From: Bacillota bacterium
Lineage (GTDB): Bacteria; Bacillota; Dethiobacteria; DTU022; UBA8154
Assembly (NCBI GenBank): GCA_012728375.1
Contig: JAAYFF010000025.1
Coordinates: 13,741-77,740, forward strand
Direction: 5' to 3'
Length of the DNA stretch: 64,000 bases
Under the pieces are notes generated by a model, which did no database searches, was not told where the DNA came from, and worked only from the letters and a program-made list of their open reading frames with translations. Positions 1 through 8,981 of the stretch are shown piece by piece. The translations under genes were made by a program, and so were the position numbers. How positions within the stretch are numbered: the first letter of the stretch is position 1; each line of letters begins with the position of its first letter.

Positions 1-792
1 ATTCATGTCAGTGATCGCTCCTATTTTCCTGATATTGATGACGAGGAGATTGAGTGTATTCTCATTCGTGCCCAGGAGATTCCCCGTTATACACAAAGCG
101 GGATTCTGGATGCCGGTATCTCCGGAAAGGACTGGATTACGGAAACAGGTGCCGATGTTGTTGAAATTACAGATTTGACCTATTCAAAGCAGGGCTTAAG
201 ACCGATCAGGCTGGTGCTGGCCGTTCCCAGAGATTCAGAGATTAACAGCGTGGAGGACCTTCAGGGGAAAAAAATTGCCACGGAGCTTGTGGAGGTGACG
301 AAAAGATATCTTGAGGAAAAAAATATCCAAGCTTCTGTGGAGTTTTCCTGGGGGGCAACGGAAGTAAAACCTCCCGCCCTTGTCGATGCCATTGCCGAGC
401 TTACGGAAACAGGGAGGTCGCTTAAGGCAAATAACCTGAGGATCATCGAAACAATACTTACATCCACGCCGCGTTTTATTGCCAATAAAGATAGCTACAA
501 AGTCGACTGGAAGAGAAGTAAAATTGAGCAAATCTCCATGCTTTTACAGGCAGCTCTGATGGCGGAGGAAAAAGTCGGGCTGAAAATGAACATACATAAA
601 GAAAAGCTTCCGGCCATACTTCCTCTGCTTCCTGCTTTGAGAAGGCCGACAATTTCTCCTCTTGATGAAGAGGGATGGGTAGCCGTGGAAACGGTAATTG
701 ATGAAAAAAAGGTCCGCGAGCTGGTTTGTAAATTAAAACAGGCTGGTGCAGAAGGAATTATTGAATATTCTTTAAATAAAATTATTCCGTGA
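1..792 (+). CDS. hisG: ATP phosphoribosyltransferase HisG, long form with C-terminal regulatory domain (5' end outside window)
   Basis: Frame 1 is open from nt 1 ([30 protein letters not shown]...), continuous with listed ORF 175..792. The pattern is the HisG catalytic C-terminal part plus the HisG_C regulatory domain. Stop at 790-792. Confidence 0.8.
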   Translation: MHVSDRSYFPDIDDEEIECILIRAQEIPRYTQSGILDAGISGKDWITETGADVVEITDLTYSKQGLRPIRLVLAVPRDSEINSVEDLQGKKIATELVEVTKRYLEEKNIQASVEFSWGATEVKPPALVDAIAELTETGRSLKANNLRIIETILTSTPRFIANKDSYKVDWKRSKIEQISMLLQAALMAEEKVGLKMNIHKEKLPAILPLLPALRRPTISPLDEEGWVAVETVIDEKKVRELVCKLKQAGAEGIIEYSLNKIIP

Positions 793-815
793 AAACGCGC
801 GTGAGGATGACTTAA

Positions 816-2195
816 ATGCCTTTATTTAAGCTTCCTGGTTTAAGCAAATGTGTGGGACTGGGAGAACGGGAAATTGTCTCTGCTTACGGCGCAGGTGGGA
901 AAACATCTTTTCTTTTGCGCCTGGCGGAGGAGCTTTCACAAGAAAACAAAAAGGTTATCTTGACGACGACTACCCATATCCTCCCTCCCCGGAACTTTCC
1001 CCTGGTCATCACTTCAGATTTCGCTGAAGCAAGGAGAAAACTTCAAAGTTATTTGCAGCGCGATAACGTTGTTGCGTTGGGAAGCGCTATGCTTCCCGGC
1101 GATAAAGTAAAGGGGATAGAGGCCGCCTGGGTTGACGAGTTTTTTTCCGAGGGTTTGGCTCCATATATACTTGTGGAAGCGGACGGAGCGGCAAGGCGGC
1201 CCATCAAGGGGTATGCTCCGTATGAGCCCGTTATTCCTCAATCTTCGACAACTATAGTTCCTGTGCTTGGAGCCGATGCTTTAGGATTGCCTATTGAGGC
1301 GGGCTTTGTCCACCGGCCGGAACTGCTGGTCCATCAGATCGGTGCCGCGGAGGGCGGGCTGATTGGAACGGATCATTTTATCCGCTGCCTCTTCTTTATG
1401 CTTGAGAGGGGCAGGAGGCAGGCTCCATCTGCCCGGGCGGTTCCTGTTGTCAATAAAGCGGACCTAATGAAAGATAAGGAACTGCTTTATGCTGTTGTCG
1501 GAGCCTTTTCCGCCTCTTCCCTGTCGGGTGTGTCACGCCTGCTTTTTACAGCCCTTTCAGAAGAATTCCCCGTACAATATATATGGGGGAAGCCTTTTTT
1601 AAAACCGTTCGTTTCCTGTGCAATTCTTAGCGCGGGTTTTTCCAGAAGGATGGGGGAAGACAAGCTGTCTCTCCGCTTTGGAGAGAAAACTATACTTGAG
1701 CATGCTGTGGGAAATGCCCTGCAAGGCGGTGCAGACGAAATATTTATTGTTACCCGTCCTGAACAGGAATGGGTGGAAAAACTTTTCTCCGGGGACAAGA
1801 TCAGGGTCGTAAAGAATCCTTTTTCAGCGCAGGGAATGTCCACCTCCATAAAAGCTGCCATCAGTGCTTGCAACCCTCTTGCCCAAGGGGTTATTTTTGC
1901 CCTGGGCGACCAGCCGTTTATTGACCCGGAGGTTTACCGGGCCTTAATCAAAAACTACAGTAGGAATTTAAATCTGGTTACTTATCCTTTATTTCAGGGA
2001 AAAAAAGGTAACCCCCAGATTTTTGACCGCAGAACCTGGCCACTACTATTGACCCTCCAGGGCGACCGTGGAGGCAGAGGAATTATTCCTTTGCTTCCGG
2101 AGGGGGAGATTCGGGGAGTGGAAACGCCTTTTCCCGGTGTTACCGTTGATATCGATACTGCGGAAGAATATATGAAATACCGGCCCCCGGAGTAA
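816..2195 (+). CDS. Fusion protein: YqeC-family selenium-dependent molybdenum-hydroxylase accessory domain (N-terminal) + MobA/MocA-like molybdenum-cofactor nucleotidyltransferase domain (C-terminal)
   Basis: 459-aa ORF. The N-terminal half has a P-loop-like GAGGKTSFL and ILVEADGA pattern typical of YqeC (TIGR03172-like). The C-terminal half (AGFSRRMGEDKL...IFALGDQPFI) looks like a MobA-like NTP transferase. A hairpin, CCGGAG-TAA-CTCCGG, overlaps the stop codon. Confidence 0.55.
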   Translation: MPLFKLPGLSKCVGLGEREIVSAYGAGGKTSFLLRLAEELSQENKKVILTTTTHILPPRNFPLVITSDFAEARRKLQSYLQRDNVVALGSAMLPGDKVKGIEAAWVDEFFSEGLAPYILVEADGAARRPIKGYAPYEPVIPQSSTTIVPVLGADALGLPIEAGFVHRPELLVHQIGAAEGGLIGTDHFIRCLFFMLERGRRQAPSARAVPVVNKADLMKDKELLYAVVGAFSASSLSGVSRLLFTALSEEFPVQYIWGKPFLKPFVSCAILSAGFSRRMGEDKLSLRFGEKTILEHAVGNALQGGADEIFIVTRPEQEWVEKLFSGDKIRVVKNPFSAQGMSTSIKAAISACNPLAQGVIFALGDQPFIDPEVYRALIKNYSRNLNLVTYPLFQGKKGNPQIFDRRTWPLLLTLQGDRGGRGIIPLLPEGEIRGVETPFPGVTVDIDTAEEYMKYRPPE

Positions 2196-2282
2196 CTCCG
2201 GATAGATTAAAAACTTGCAACTTTTTATGTTTTTTTGCACCGATATTTTTATTTTCTGGAAAAAGGGTTTTTTACAGAGAGA

Positions 2283-2306
2283 GTCGAATTAAAAAAGTGG
2301 ACATGA
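2283..2306. promoter_or_regulatory. Conserved element copy 1 (GTCGAATTAAAAAAGTGGACATGA), upstream of the sigma-54 activator gene and overlapping a sigma-70-like TGGACA-N15-TATAAT (2298-2324)
   Basis: It matches 4499-4523 at 18 of 19 positions and lies 55 bp upstream of ATG 2360. Confidence 0.35.
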
Positions 2307-2359
2307 AAAAGAAATATTTATAATATGTGTTAAATATTTTAACGAGGTTTAATTGCGCA

Positions 2360-4294
2360 ATGAAAAAAGCCCGCATAGTTATGATTTCCCCCCTTCCCGA
2401 GTTAACCAGGCTTGCCCGGCAGATTTCCAGGGAGCAAAATTTTAAACTGGAGATCGTGGAAGCTTTTCTGGATAAGGGAGTGGAAAAGGGCAAAAGGTTC
2501 GAACAGGCGGGTGCGGATGTAATTATCAGCCGCGGTCCCACGGGCGTGCTCCTCAAAAGAGAACTTTCCATTCCCGTTGTTTTAATCCAGATGACCAATT
2601 TTGATATTATTCGCGCTCTCTACCAGGCCAAGCAGTTAGGCCGGAAAATAGCTTATTTTGACCACATTAAGTGCAAGGAAATTTATGATTTTAAAATGAT
2701 CGATGAAATCCTTTCCCTGGAGGACCTGAGCTTTTTCTTTTACCGGGACGAAAGGGAGCTTGAAGCGCAGATACAGAGAGCGCAGGATGAAGGGGTAGAA
2801 GTTATTGTCGCCTCGGGTATTTGCATTCTGCGCATGGCCAAAATCCGCGGCATGAAGGGCGTGATGGCCTTTCCCTCCCGGGAAGCCGTTATTGAAGCCC
2901 TGCAGTGGGCCCAGGATGTTGTGCGCATGCGCGAAAAGGACCGGGAGAAAGCGGAATTTCTTAAAACCATTATTGATCATACATACACAGGCGTTATTGC
3001 CGTAAATAAAAAAGGTGAAGTAACACATTTCAACCGTTCTGCAGAAGAAATTTTCAAAGTTTCCCGCAATGATGCGGTTGGCAAAAAGGTGGAGAACCTG
3101 CCGATTCCCCTGCTGAAAATTTTTTACCAGGCCTCCGGGGAGGGGAAAGAGGAGGTACATAAAATCGGGGGTAAGCAAATCCTCTTTCACCGTATTCCCA
3201 TTTACATCGACAATGAGAAACACGGGACAGTCATTACCTTCCAGAGCGTTCACAAGATTCAGAACCTCGAGGCTACCATCCGCAAGAAACTCCATAGCAG
3301 CGGCCTTGTTTCACGCTACACCTTTAATCATCTCGTCGGCTCCTCACCGGAAATGGTAAAAACAATAAACCGTGCCAAAAAATTTGCAGCTTCCGGTTCA
3401 ACAGTTTTAATTATCGGGGAAAGCGGTACCGGAAAAGAGCTTTTTGCCCATAGCATTCACGCTGAGAGTCCTCGTCGCGAAGGACCGTTCGTGGCTATTA
3501 ACTGCGCCAGTATTCCCAAAGAATTGCTGGAAAGCGAGCTCTTTGGTTATGAAGAGGGCTCGTTTACAGGAGCCAAGAAAGGCGGGAAAATAGGGCTTTT
3601 TGAGCTTGCACACGGCGGAACGATTTTCCTGGACGAGATATCTGAGCTCTCTCCCCCTCTGCAGCTAAATCTGTTGCGGGTTCTCCAGGAAAAAGTGGTG
3701 CGCCGCATCGGCGGGGAACGGATTATTCCTGTAGATGTGAGGGTGCTCGCCGCCACAAACCGTTTTTTAGCCGGGGAAGTAAAAAAGGGGAATTTTCGGG
3801 AAGATCTTTTTTTCCGCCTTAATGTTTTAAACTTGCATATCCCTCCTTTGCGGCAGCGTAGAGATGATATTCCCCTTTTGATTGAACATTTTTGCAGGAA
3901 GTATAGGGGGAGCAGGAGCGGCAGCGAAGAATTCCCTCCCTCCATTATTCGCTATCTTTGTGAATATGACTGGCCGGGCAATGTCCGGGAGCTGGAAAAT
4001 TTCATTGAAAAATATGTTTTTCTTTCCGAAGAGGGTGCGGATAATTTTCGTTTAATTGAGGAACTGGTTGATGAGCTTTACCGCTACAGGGAAGACGAGC
4101 AGGGTCTCGTGCCGGCCGGAGAACAATATTTAACTATTGGTGTAGGAAAGATGGAAGATATGGAGAGGCAAATTATTGAAAAGCTTTATAAACAGAGCAA
4201 GCGGGACAAGAAGGATCTGGCCCGGCAGCTTGGAATCAGCCGCACGACTCTCTGGAAAAAATTAAAAAGCATTGAATCCGGTTCTGTGAAGTAG
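2360..4294 (+). CDS. Sigma-54-dependent transcriptional activator, PrpR-like (PrpR_N sensor, PAS, AAA+ sigma-54 interaction domain, Fis-type HTH)
   Basis: Walker A GESGTGKE, a GAFTGA-type loop (EEGSFTGA), ELENFIE, and a C-terminal HTH (DLARQLGISRTTLWKKLK). The N-terminus is PrpR_N-like. ATG 2360 (MKKARIVMIS) is preferred over the track start 2327. Confidence 0.9.
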   Translation: MKKARIVMISPLPELTRLARQISREQNFKLEIVEAFLDKGVEKGKRFEQAGADVIISRGPTGVLLKRELSIPVVLIQMTNFDIIRALYQAKQLGRKIAYFDHIKCKEIYDFKMIDEILSLEDLSFFFYRDERELEAQIQRAQDEGVEVIVASGICILRMAKIRGMKGVMAFPSREAVIEALQWAQDVVRMREKDREKAEFLKTIIDHTYTGVIAVNKKGEVTHFNRSAEEIFKVSRNDAVGKKVENLPIPLLKIFYQASGEGKEEVHKIGGKQILFHRIPIYIDNEKHGTVITFQSVHKIQNLEATIRKKLHSSGLVSRYTFNHLVGSSPEMVKTINRAKKFAASGSTVLIIGESGTGKELFAHSIHAESPRREGPFVAINCASIPKELLESELFGYEEGSFTGAKKGGKIGLFELAHGGTIFLDEISELSPPLQLNLLRVLQEKVVRRIGGERIIPVDVRVLAATNRFLAGEVKKGNFREDLFFRLNVLNLHIPPLRQRRDDIPLLIEHFCRKYRGSRSGSEEFPPSIIRYLCEYDWPGNVRELENFIEKYVFLSEEGADNFRLIEELVDELYRYREDEQGLVPAGEQYLTIGVGKMEDMERQIIEKLYKQSKRDKKDLARQLGISRTTLWKKLKSIESGSVK

Positions 4295-4330
4295 TTTCAC
4301 CATTTTGAACAAAGGGAGAACTTCTCTTGT

Positions 4331-4346
4331 TGGCATATAAATTGCA
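4331..4346 (+). promoter_or_regulatory. Sigma-54 (-24/-12) promoter: TGGCAT-N5-TTGCA
   Basis: tTGGCATataaaTTGCAtat matches the consensus TGGCAC-N5-TTGCW, with GG and GC 10 nt apart. It lies immediately downstream of the activator gene and upstream of the thiolase operon. Confidence 0.55.
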
Positions 4347-4498
4347 TATTTTCATTAATAGTAGACAAATTCCCCTTTTATAAAAATCTGGGTTTAACAT
4401 ATAAAAGCCCTGTTTAGTAGATAATTTGTAGGCTTATCAAGGAAAGGCATAAGGAATAAAAGAAAGGGGGGTTAAAAAAGTAAACATTGTTTCCGCGT

Positions 4499-4523
4499 GT
4501 CCAGTTAAAAAAATGGACATGAC
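4499..4523. promoter_or_regulatory. Conserved element copy 2: inverted repeat GTCCA-N10-TGGAC containing TTAAAAAAATGGACATGA (candidate activator-binding site / UAS)
   Basis: Near-identical to 2289-2306. It sits between the sigma-54 promoter (4331) and the thiolase start (4674). Confidence 0.4.
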
Positions 4524-4673
4524 TTCTCGCCAAAGCCGGAAATCAAGACGCTTATCAAGGCTTAAAAGGGAAGAGGAGGCATTATTTTTCAGTAAAAGAT
4601 GGGGTTAGGTTTTTGCATCTATAAAAAAATAGAAGGGAGGAAGTCCCGAAAGTGAACGCTTTCGGGGAAACAA

Positions 4674-5855
4674 ATGAAAAACCCAGTAATTGTAAGTGCC
4701 GTAAGGACTATCGCCGGCAGCTTTGGCGGCAGCTTAAAGAGCAAGACCGCTGCTGATCTGGGAGCAGCAGTTGTTGCCGAAGCTGTTAAGAGGGCGGGGA
4801 TCTCTCCTGAGGATGTGGATCAGTTAATTTTCGGTTGCGGTTGGCAGGCGGGAATTGGCCCGAATATTGCCCGTATCTGTGCTGTTCGGGGAGGGCTTCC
4901 TCACAAAGTGCCCGCCTATACAGTCAACATTCGTTGCGCTTCCAGCCTTCAGGCGATTATTGACGGATGCCGGTCCATTATGTGCGGCGATAATAATGTG
5001 TTGGTTGTGGGCGGTACCGAATCCGGTTCCAACGTTCCCTTCCTGATTCCCCAGGCCCGCTGGGGCGCCCGCATGTGGGATTTCCCCGTTTATGACGGTT
5101 TGCACTATGATGGTTTTAAGTGTATGCTGGCAGGAATGTTTATGGGCAATACCGCTGAACTCCTGGCAGAGAAATACAACATCAGCCGGCAGGAGCAGGA
5201 CGAATTTGCCCTGTGGAGCCATCAGAAAGCAGCGAAAGCTGTTGCTGAAGACAAATTCAGGGATGAAATTGTTCCCATTGAAGTTACCCAAAAGAAGAAG
5301 ACAGTGATCGTGGATCAGGAAGAAATTCCCCGGGCCGATGCTTCGTTGGAAAAAATGCTCAAGTTGCCCCCGGTATTTAAAAAAGACGGCACGGTAACGG
5401 CCGGCAATAGCTGCGCACTCTGCGACTGTGCATCCGCCCTGGTGATTATGTCTGAAGAAAGAGCTAAGTCCCTGGGAGTTACACCTATCGCCCGCATTGT
5501 GAGTTATGCTGAAGCAGGGGTAGATCCCATGTACATGGGAATTGGCCCGGTTGCCGCCATTCCTAAAGCCCTGGAAAGAGCCGGACTGAAGCTGGATGAT
5601 ATCGATCTCATTGAGTTAAACGAAGCTTTTGCCGCCCAGTATTTAGCCTGTGAAAGGGAACTGAAATTTAACCGGGAGAAAATTAATATCCACGGCGGAG
5701 CCATCGCCCTTGGTCACCCTGTGGGGGCCACCGGTACCAAACTCGTTACCACCAACCTCAATACCCTGAAACAATATGGCAAGACCCTTGGCATGACCAG
5801 CATGTGCGTGGGCGGCGGCCAGGGATTGGCTGTCATCGTAGAAAGATTAAACTAG
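4674..5855 (+). CDS. Acetyl-CoA acetyltransferase (thiolase)
   Basis: MKNPVIVSAVRTIAGSFGG... The thiolase active-site regions are present (NIRCASSLQAI, GNSCALCDCASALVIM, GHPVGATG). 393 aa. Confidence 0.9.
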   Translation: MKNPVIVSAVRTIAGSFGGSLKSKTAADLGAAVVAEAVKRAGISPEDVDQLIFGCGWQAGIGPNIARICAVRGGLPHKVPAYTVNIRCASSLQAIIDGCRSIMCGDNNVLVVGGTESGSNVPFLIPQARWGARMWDFPVYDGLHYDGFKCMLAGMFMGNTAELLAEKYNISRQEQDEFALWSHQKAAKAVAEDKFRDEIVPIEVTQKKKTVIVDQEEIPRADASLEKMLKLPPVFKKDGTVTAGNSCALCDCASALVIMSEERAKSLGVTPIARIVSYAEAGVDPMYMGIGPVAAIPKALERAGLKLDDIDLIELNEAFAAQYLACERELKFNREKINIHGGAIALGHPVGATGTKLVTTNLNTLKQYGKTLGMTSMCVGGGQGLAVIVERLN

Positions 5856-5908
5856 GCTCTTGTATATTTTAATCATATAAATAAAAGTATTTGAGAGGAG
5901 GAAATTTT

Positions 5909-6793
5909 ATGGATATTAAAAAAGTATTTGTTCTGGGTGCCGGGATCATGGGTACAGGTATTGCGCACCTTTGTGCCCAGCAGGGATTGAACGTTGTCCT
6001 TGTTGATATTAACGAGGATATCCTCAAGCGCAGCATTAGCAATATCGAGGGGATCCTGAACAAGAGAGTCGAGAAGGGTAAAATAACTGCCGATGCAGCC
6101 AAAGAACTTGTCGGACGGATTAAAACTTCCACCGATAAAAAAGAAGCTGCCGGCTGCGATTTCGTTATTGAAGCGGTTACTGAAAATGTCAAGCTCAAGC
6201 AACAATTATTCGCCGAGCTTGACGAGATCGTTCCCGCAGGGATAATTCTTGCCACCAATACGACCGCCTGTTCCATTTCTGAGGTTGCTTCCGCAACCAA
6301 GGATCCAAGCCGGGTAATCGGAATGCACTTCTTCAATCCCGCAGTGGTCATGAAACTGGTGGAAATTATGCCCGGCCTGGCGACTAAACCTGAAGTTGCT
6401 GCGACAACCAAGGAACTCGTTGAGTTTTTAGGCAAAGAACCCGTTGTAACCGCCAAGGAAGGGATTGCCGGGATCGCCAGCCGCGTCCTGGCCGGTATGT
6501 TGAATGAAGCGGTTTGGGTGTTGGAAGAAGGGATCGGTACAGCCGCGGATATCGATAAGGCTATGAAGATGGGCTCCAATCTGCCCATGGGTCCCCTGGC
6601 GCTCATCGATATGATTGGAATCGATACCCACCTGGCCAAAACCAGAACCCTTTATGAAAAGCTGGGCGATGCCCGTTACCGTCCCTGCTACCTCCTGGAG
6701 AAAATGGTTCATGCCGGTTATCTGGGACGCAAATCAGGGAAAGGTTTCTATGATTACAGCCAGGATCCGCCCGTGCCCACAGTGTTAAGATAA
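5909..6793 (+). CDS. hbd: 3-hydroxybutyryl-CoA dehydrogenase
   Basis: [20 protein letters not shown] carries a Rossmann GxGxxG. The 3HCDH N and C domains are recognisable. RBS GAGAGGAGG precedes ATG 5909 (the track start TTG 5891 is rejected). Confidence 0.9.
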   Translation: MDIKKVFVLGAGIMGTGIAHLCAQQGLNVVLVDINEDILKRSISNIEGILNKRVEKGKITADAAKELVGRIKTSTDKKEAAGCDFVIEAVTENVKLKQQLFAELDEIVPAGIILATNTTACSISEVASATKDPSRVIGMHFFNPAVVMKLVEIMPGLATKPEVAATTKELVEFLGKEPVVTAKEGIAGIASRVLAGMLNEAVWVLEEGIGTAADIDKAMKMGSNLPMGPLALIDMIGIDTHLAKTRTLYEKLGDARYRPCYLLEKMVHAGYLGRKSGKGFYDYSQDPPVPTVLR

Positions 6794-6906
6794 GTGCGGG
6801 TATAACGCGATACGCGAAAAACTTAAATTTTGAAAAATGCTGTTTTTGCAGGCTTGAGCCGGCGGCCAAGCTTTCAGAAAGGGCGAAAAAAAAAGGAGGT
6901 TATTTT

Positions 6907-8061
6907 ATGGATTTTGAACTGAATTCCGAACAACTGGCAGTGCAAAAGATGGTCCGCGAATTTGTTGAAAAAGAGATTACCCCCAATGCCAAGCAATGGG
7001 ACCTTGATGAGAAGTTCCCCATGGACACATGGAAGAAGATGGGCGATCTCGGAATTATCGGTACATCCATCCCCGAAGAATACGATGGTAGCGGAATGGA
7101 TTTCATCTCCCACGCTATTGTCGCGGAAGAGCTTGGTTACGGATGCTCCTCCATGCGGGGTTCTTATTCCGTGAATATCTCTCTGGTGGCCAAGACCATT
7201 TTGAAGTGGGGAACCGAAGAACAAAAGAAAAAGTACGTCCCCCCCATTGCCCGGGGAGAAGCTTTTGGCTGCTACGGCCTTACCGAGCCGGATTCGGGAA
7301 GCGATGCCGCCAGCTTGAAAAGTGTCGCGGAAAAGGATGGGGATTATTATATCCTCAACGGCAACAAAATGTGGATTACCCATGCCAATATGGCTGATGT
7401 TTCTCTTATTTTTGCCAAAACGGATAAAGATGCCGGAGCAAAGGGTATTACCTGCTTCCTGGTGGACAAAGGTACTCCTGGTATGAACCCGCAGCCCATT
7501 CATGAAAAGATCGGTCTTCGCGCCCAGGATACCGGCGAGATTTACATGGAGAACGTGCGCGTCCACAAGGACCAAATTTTGGGACCAATCGGCAAAGGTT
7601 TTGCCGTTGCCATGTCAGCTCTCGATAATGCACGTTTCACTGTTGCTGCAGGTTGCGTAGGCACCGCGCAGGCTGCTTACGATATTGCCAAGGCCCATGC
7701 CAAGGAAAGGGTTCAGTTTGGCAAAGTGATCGCCAGCCGTCAGCTTGTCCAGTCATTGCTGGCCAACATGATTCTGAATATAGAACTGGGCCGGATGCTC
7801 GTTTGGAGGGCCGGCTGGCTGAAGAATAAAGGAGTTCCCAATACCCGTGAGACCTCCATGGCCAAGTATTTCTGCGGCGAAATGGTTAACAAGGTTTGTT
7901 ATGATGCTATGCAGATACTGGGAGGCTACAGCTTCTCGGGCGAATATGCCCTGGAAAGAATGTACCGCGATTCCCGCATCAATACCCTTTACGAAGGCAC
8001 ATCCCAGATCCAGCAACTGATTATCGGCAATGCCGAGCTGGGAATTCCTGCTTTTGCATAA
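6907..8061 (+). CDS. bcd: Acyl-CoA dehydrogenase (short-chain/butyryl-CoA dehydrogenase type)
   Basis: 384 aa. ACAD N, M and C domains, with the catalytic-Glu context near the C-terminus (YEGTSQIQQLIIG). RBS AAAGGAGG. Confidence 0.9.
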   Translation: MDFELNSEQLAVQKMVREFVEKEITPNAKQWDLDEKFPMDTWKKMGDLGIIGTSIPEEYDGSGMDFISHAIVAEELGYGCSSMRGSYSVNISLVAKTILKWGTEEQKKKYVPPIARGEAFGCYGLTEPDSGSDAASLKSVAEKDGDYYILNGNKMWITHANMADVSLIFAKTDKDAGAKGITCFLVDKGTPGMNPQPIHEKIGLRAQDTGEIYMENVRVHKDQILGPIGKGFAVAMSALDNARFTVAAGCVGTAQAAYDIAKAHAKERVQFGKVIASRQLVQSLLANMILNIELGRMLVWRAGWLKNKGVPNTRETSMAKYFCGEMVNKVCYDAMQILGGYSFSGEYALERMYRDSRINTLYEGTSQIQQLIIGNAELGIPAFA

Positions 8062-8094
8062 AAGGCGAGAATTGTTATAAACTATTTCTAAAAG

Positions 8095-8153
8095 TATGGG
8101 GAAGGGGGAAAGGGAATTATCCCTTCCTCCATCCCCATTTTTTGTTACTTAGA
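8095..8153 (+). terminator. Long imperfect GC-rich hairpin followed by TTTTTTG (possible attenuator/terminator between bcd and crt)
   Basis: ATGGGGAAGGGGGAAAGGGAAttaTCCCTTCCTCCATCCCCAT, then tttttg. Confidence 0.35.
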
Positions 8154-8177
8154 CTTTAAAAAAGAGGAGGTATGGAG

Positions 8178-8957
8178 ATGTACCAGTTTATTAAATATGA
8201 AAAAGAAGCGCCTCTGGCGATTATTACCGTTAATCGCCCGGAAGTCATGAATGCTATGAATAATGCCCTTGTGGAAGAGTTTGCCCAGGCCTTTAAAGAA
8301 GCGGAAAATGACGATGAAGTAAGAGCGCTGATTATAACCGGGGAAGGCAACAAGGCTTTCATGGCCGGTGCGGATATCAAGGAAGTACAGGCTAGAGACT
8401 TTGTTCTGGGGCGCAAACAGACCCGCAGGCGCCAGGAAGTATTAAACATGCTGTATGAAATGCCCAAGCCCGTAATCGCCGCTATTAACGGATTTGCCCT
8501 CGGGGCCGGCTTGGAGACGGCACTGGCCTGCACACTGCGCATTGCCTCTACCAACGCCAAACTGGGCGCTCCGGAAGTAAACCTGGGGATTATTCCCGGC
8601 GACGGTGCCACCCAGCGTCTTCCGAGAATGATTGGCTTTGGCCGTGCAATGGAGATGGTTTTAACGGCGCGTATGGTGGATGCCGAAGAGGCCTACCGCA
8701 TCGGGCTGGTAAACAAGGTGGTGCCCCAGGAAGAATTAATGGAAGAAGCTAAAAAAATGGCCGGCAGCATTATCAACAAATCGCCTCTGGCCATCCAGTA
8801 CGCCAAGGAAGCAGTCAACCGCTCCATGGAAATGGGTCTTTATGAAGGAATGGCCCATGAGTCTTACCTCCACGCCCTGGCCTGTGCCACGGAGGATAAG
8901 AAAGAAGGAGTTGCCGCATTCCTGGAGAAGCGTAAAGCCCAGTATCAAGGGAAATAA
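8178..8957 (+). CDS. crt: Enoyl-CoA hydratase (crotonase family)
   Basis: The crotonase fold is recognisable (LAIITVNRPEVMNAMN, FMAGADIKE, ING-A-GAGLETALACTLRIA). RBS GAGGAGG at 8164-8170 favours ATG 8178 over 8172. Confidence 0.9.
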   Translation: MYQFIKYEKEAPLAIITVNRPEVMNAMNNALVEEFAQAFKEAENDDEVRALIITGEGNKAFMAGADIKEVQARDFVLGRKQTRRRQEVLNMLYEMPKPVIAAINGFALGAGLETALACTLRIASTNAKLGAPEVNLGIIPGDGATQRLPRMIGFGRAMEMVLTARMVDAEEAYRIGLVNKVVPQEELMEEAKKMAGSIINKSPLAIQYAKEAVNRSMEMGLYEGMAHESYLHALACATEDKKEGVAAFLEKRKAQYQGK

Positions 8958-8981
8958 AATAATTCGATACATGATGCTTAT

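Noticed and set aside
4603-4617. Second sigma-54 -24/-12 candidate (GGGTTA-N5-TTGCA) 60 nt upstream of the thiolase ATG
   Set aside because: Only the GG and TTGCA elements match; the -24 half is poor. It is mentioned in a finding but not listed as a feature.
5869-6639. 256-aa antisense ORF overlapping hbd. Similar long antisense ORFs overlap rnfB (21644..22306), acsB (62256..63053), clpC (59264..59911), bcd (6874..7575), the sigma-54 activator (2636..3295) and rnfC/D (18738..19346).
   Set aside because: They overlap genes with strongly supported protein-family signatures on the opposite strand. They have low-complexity Ala/Pro/Ser/Arg-rich translations typical of shadow ORFs, and no RBS.
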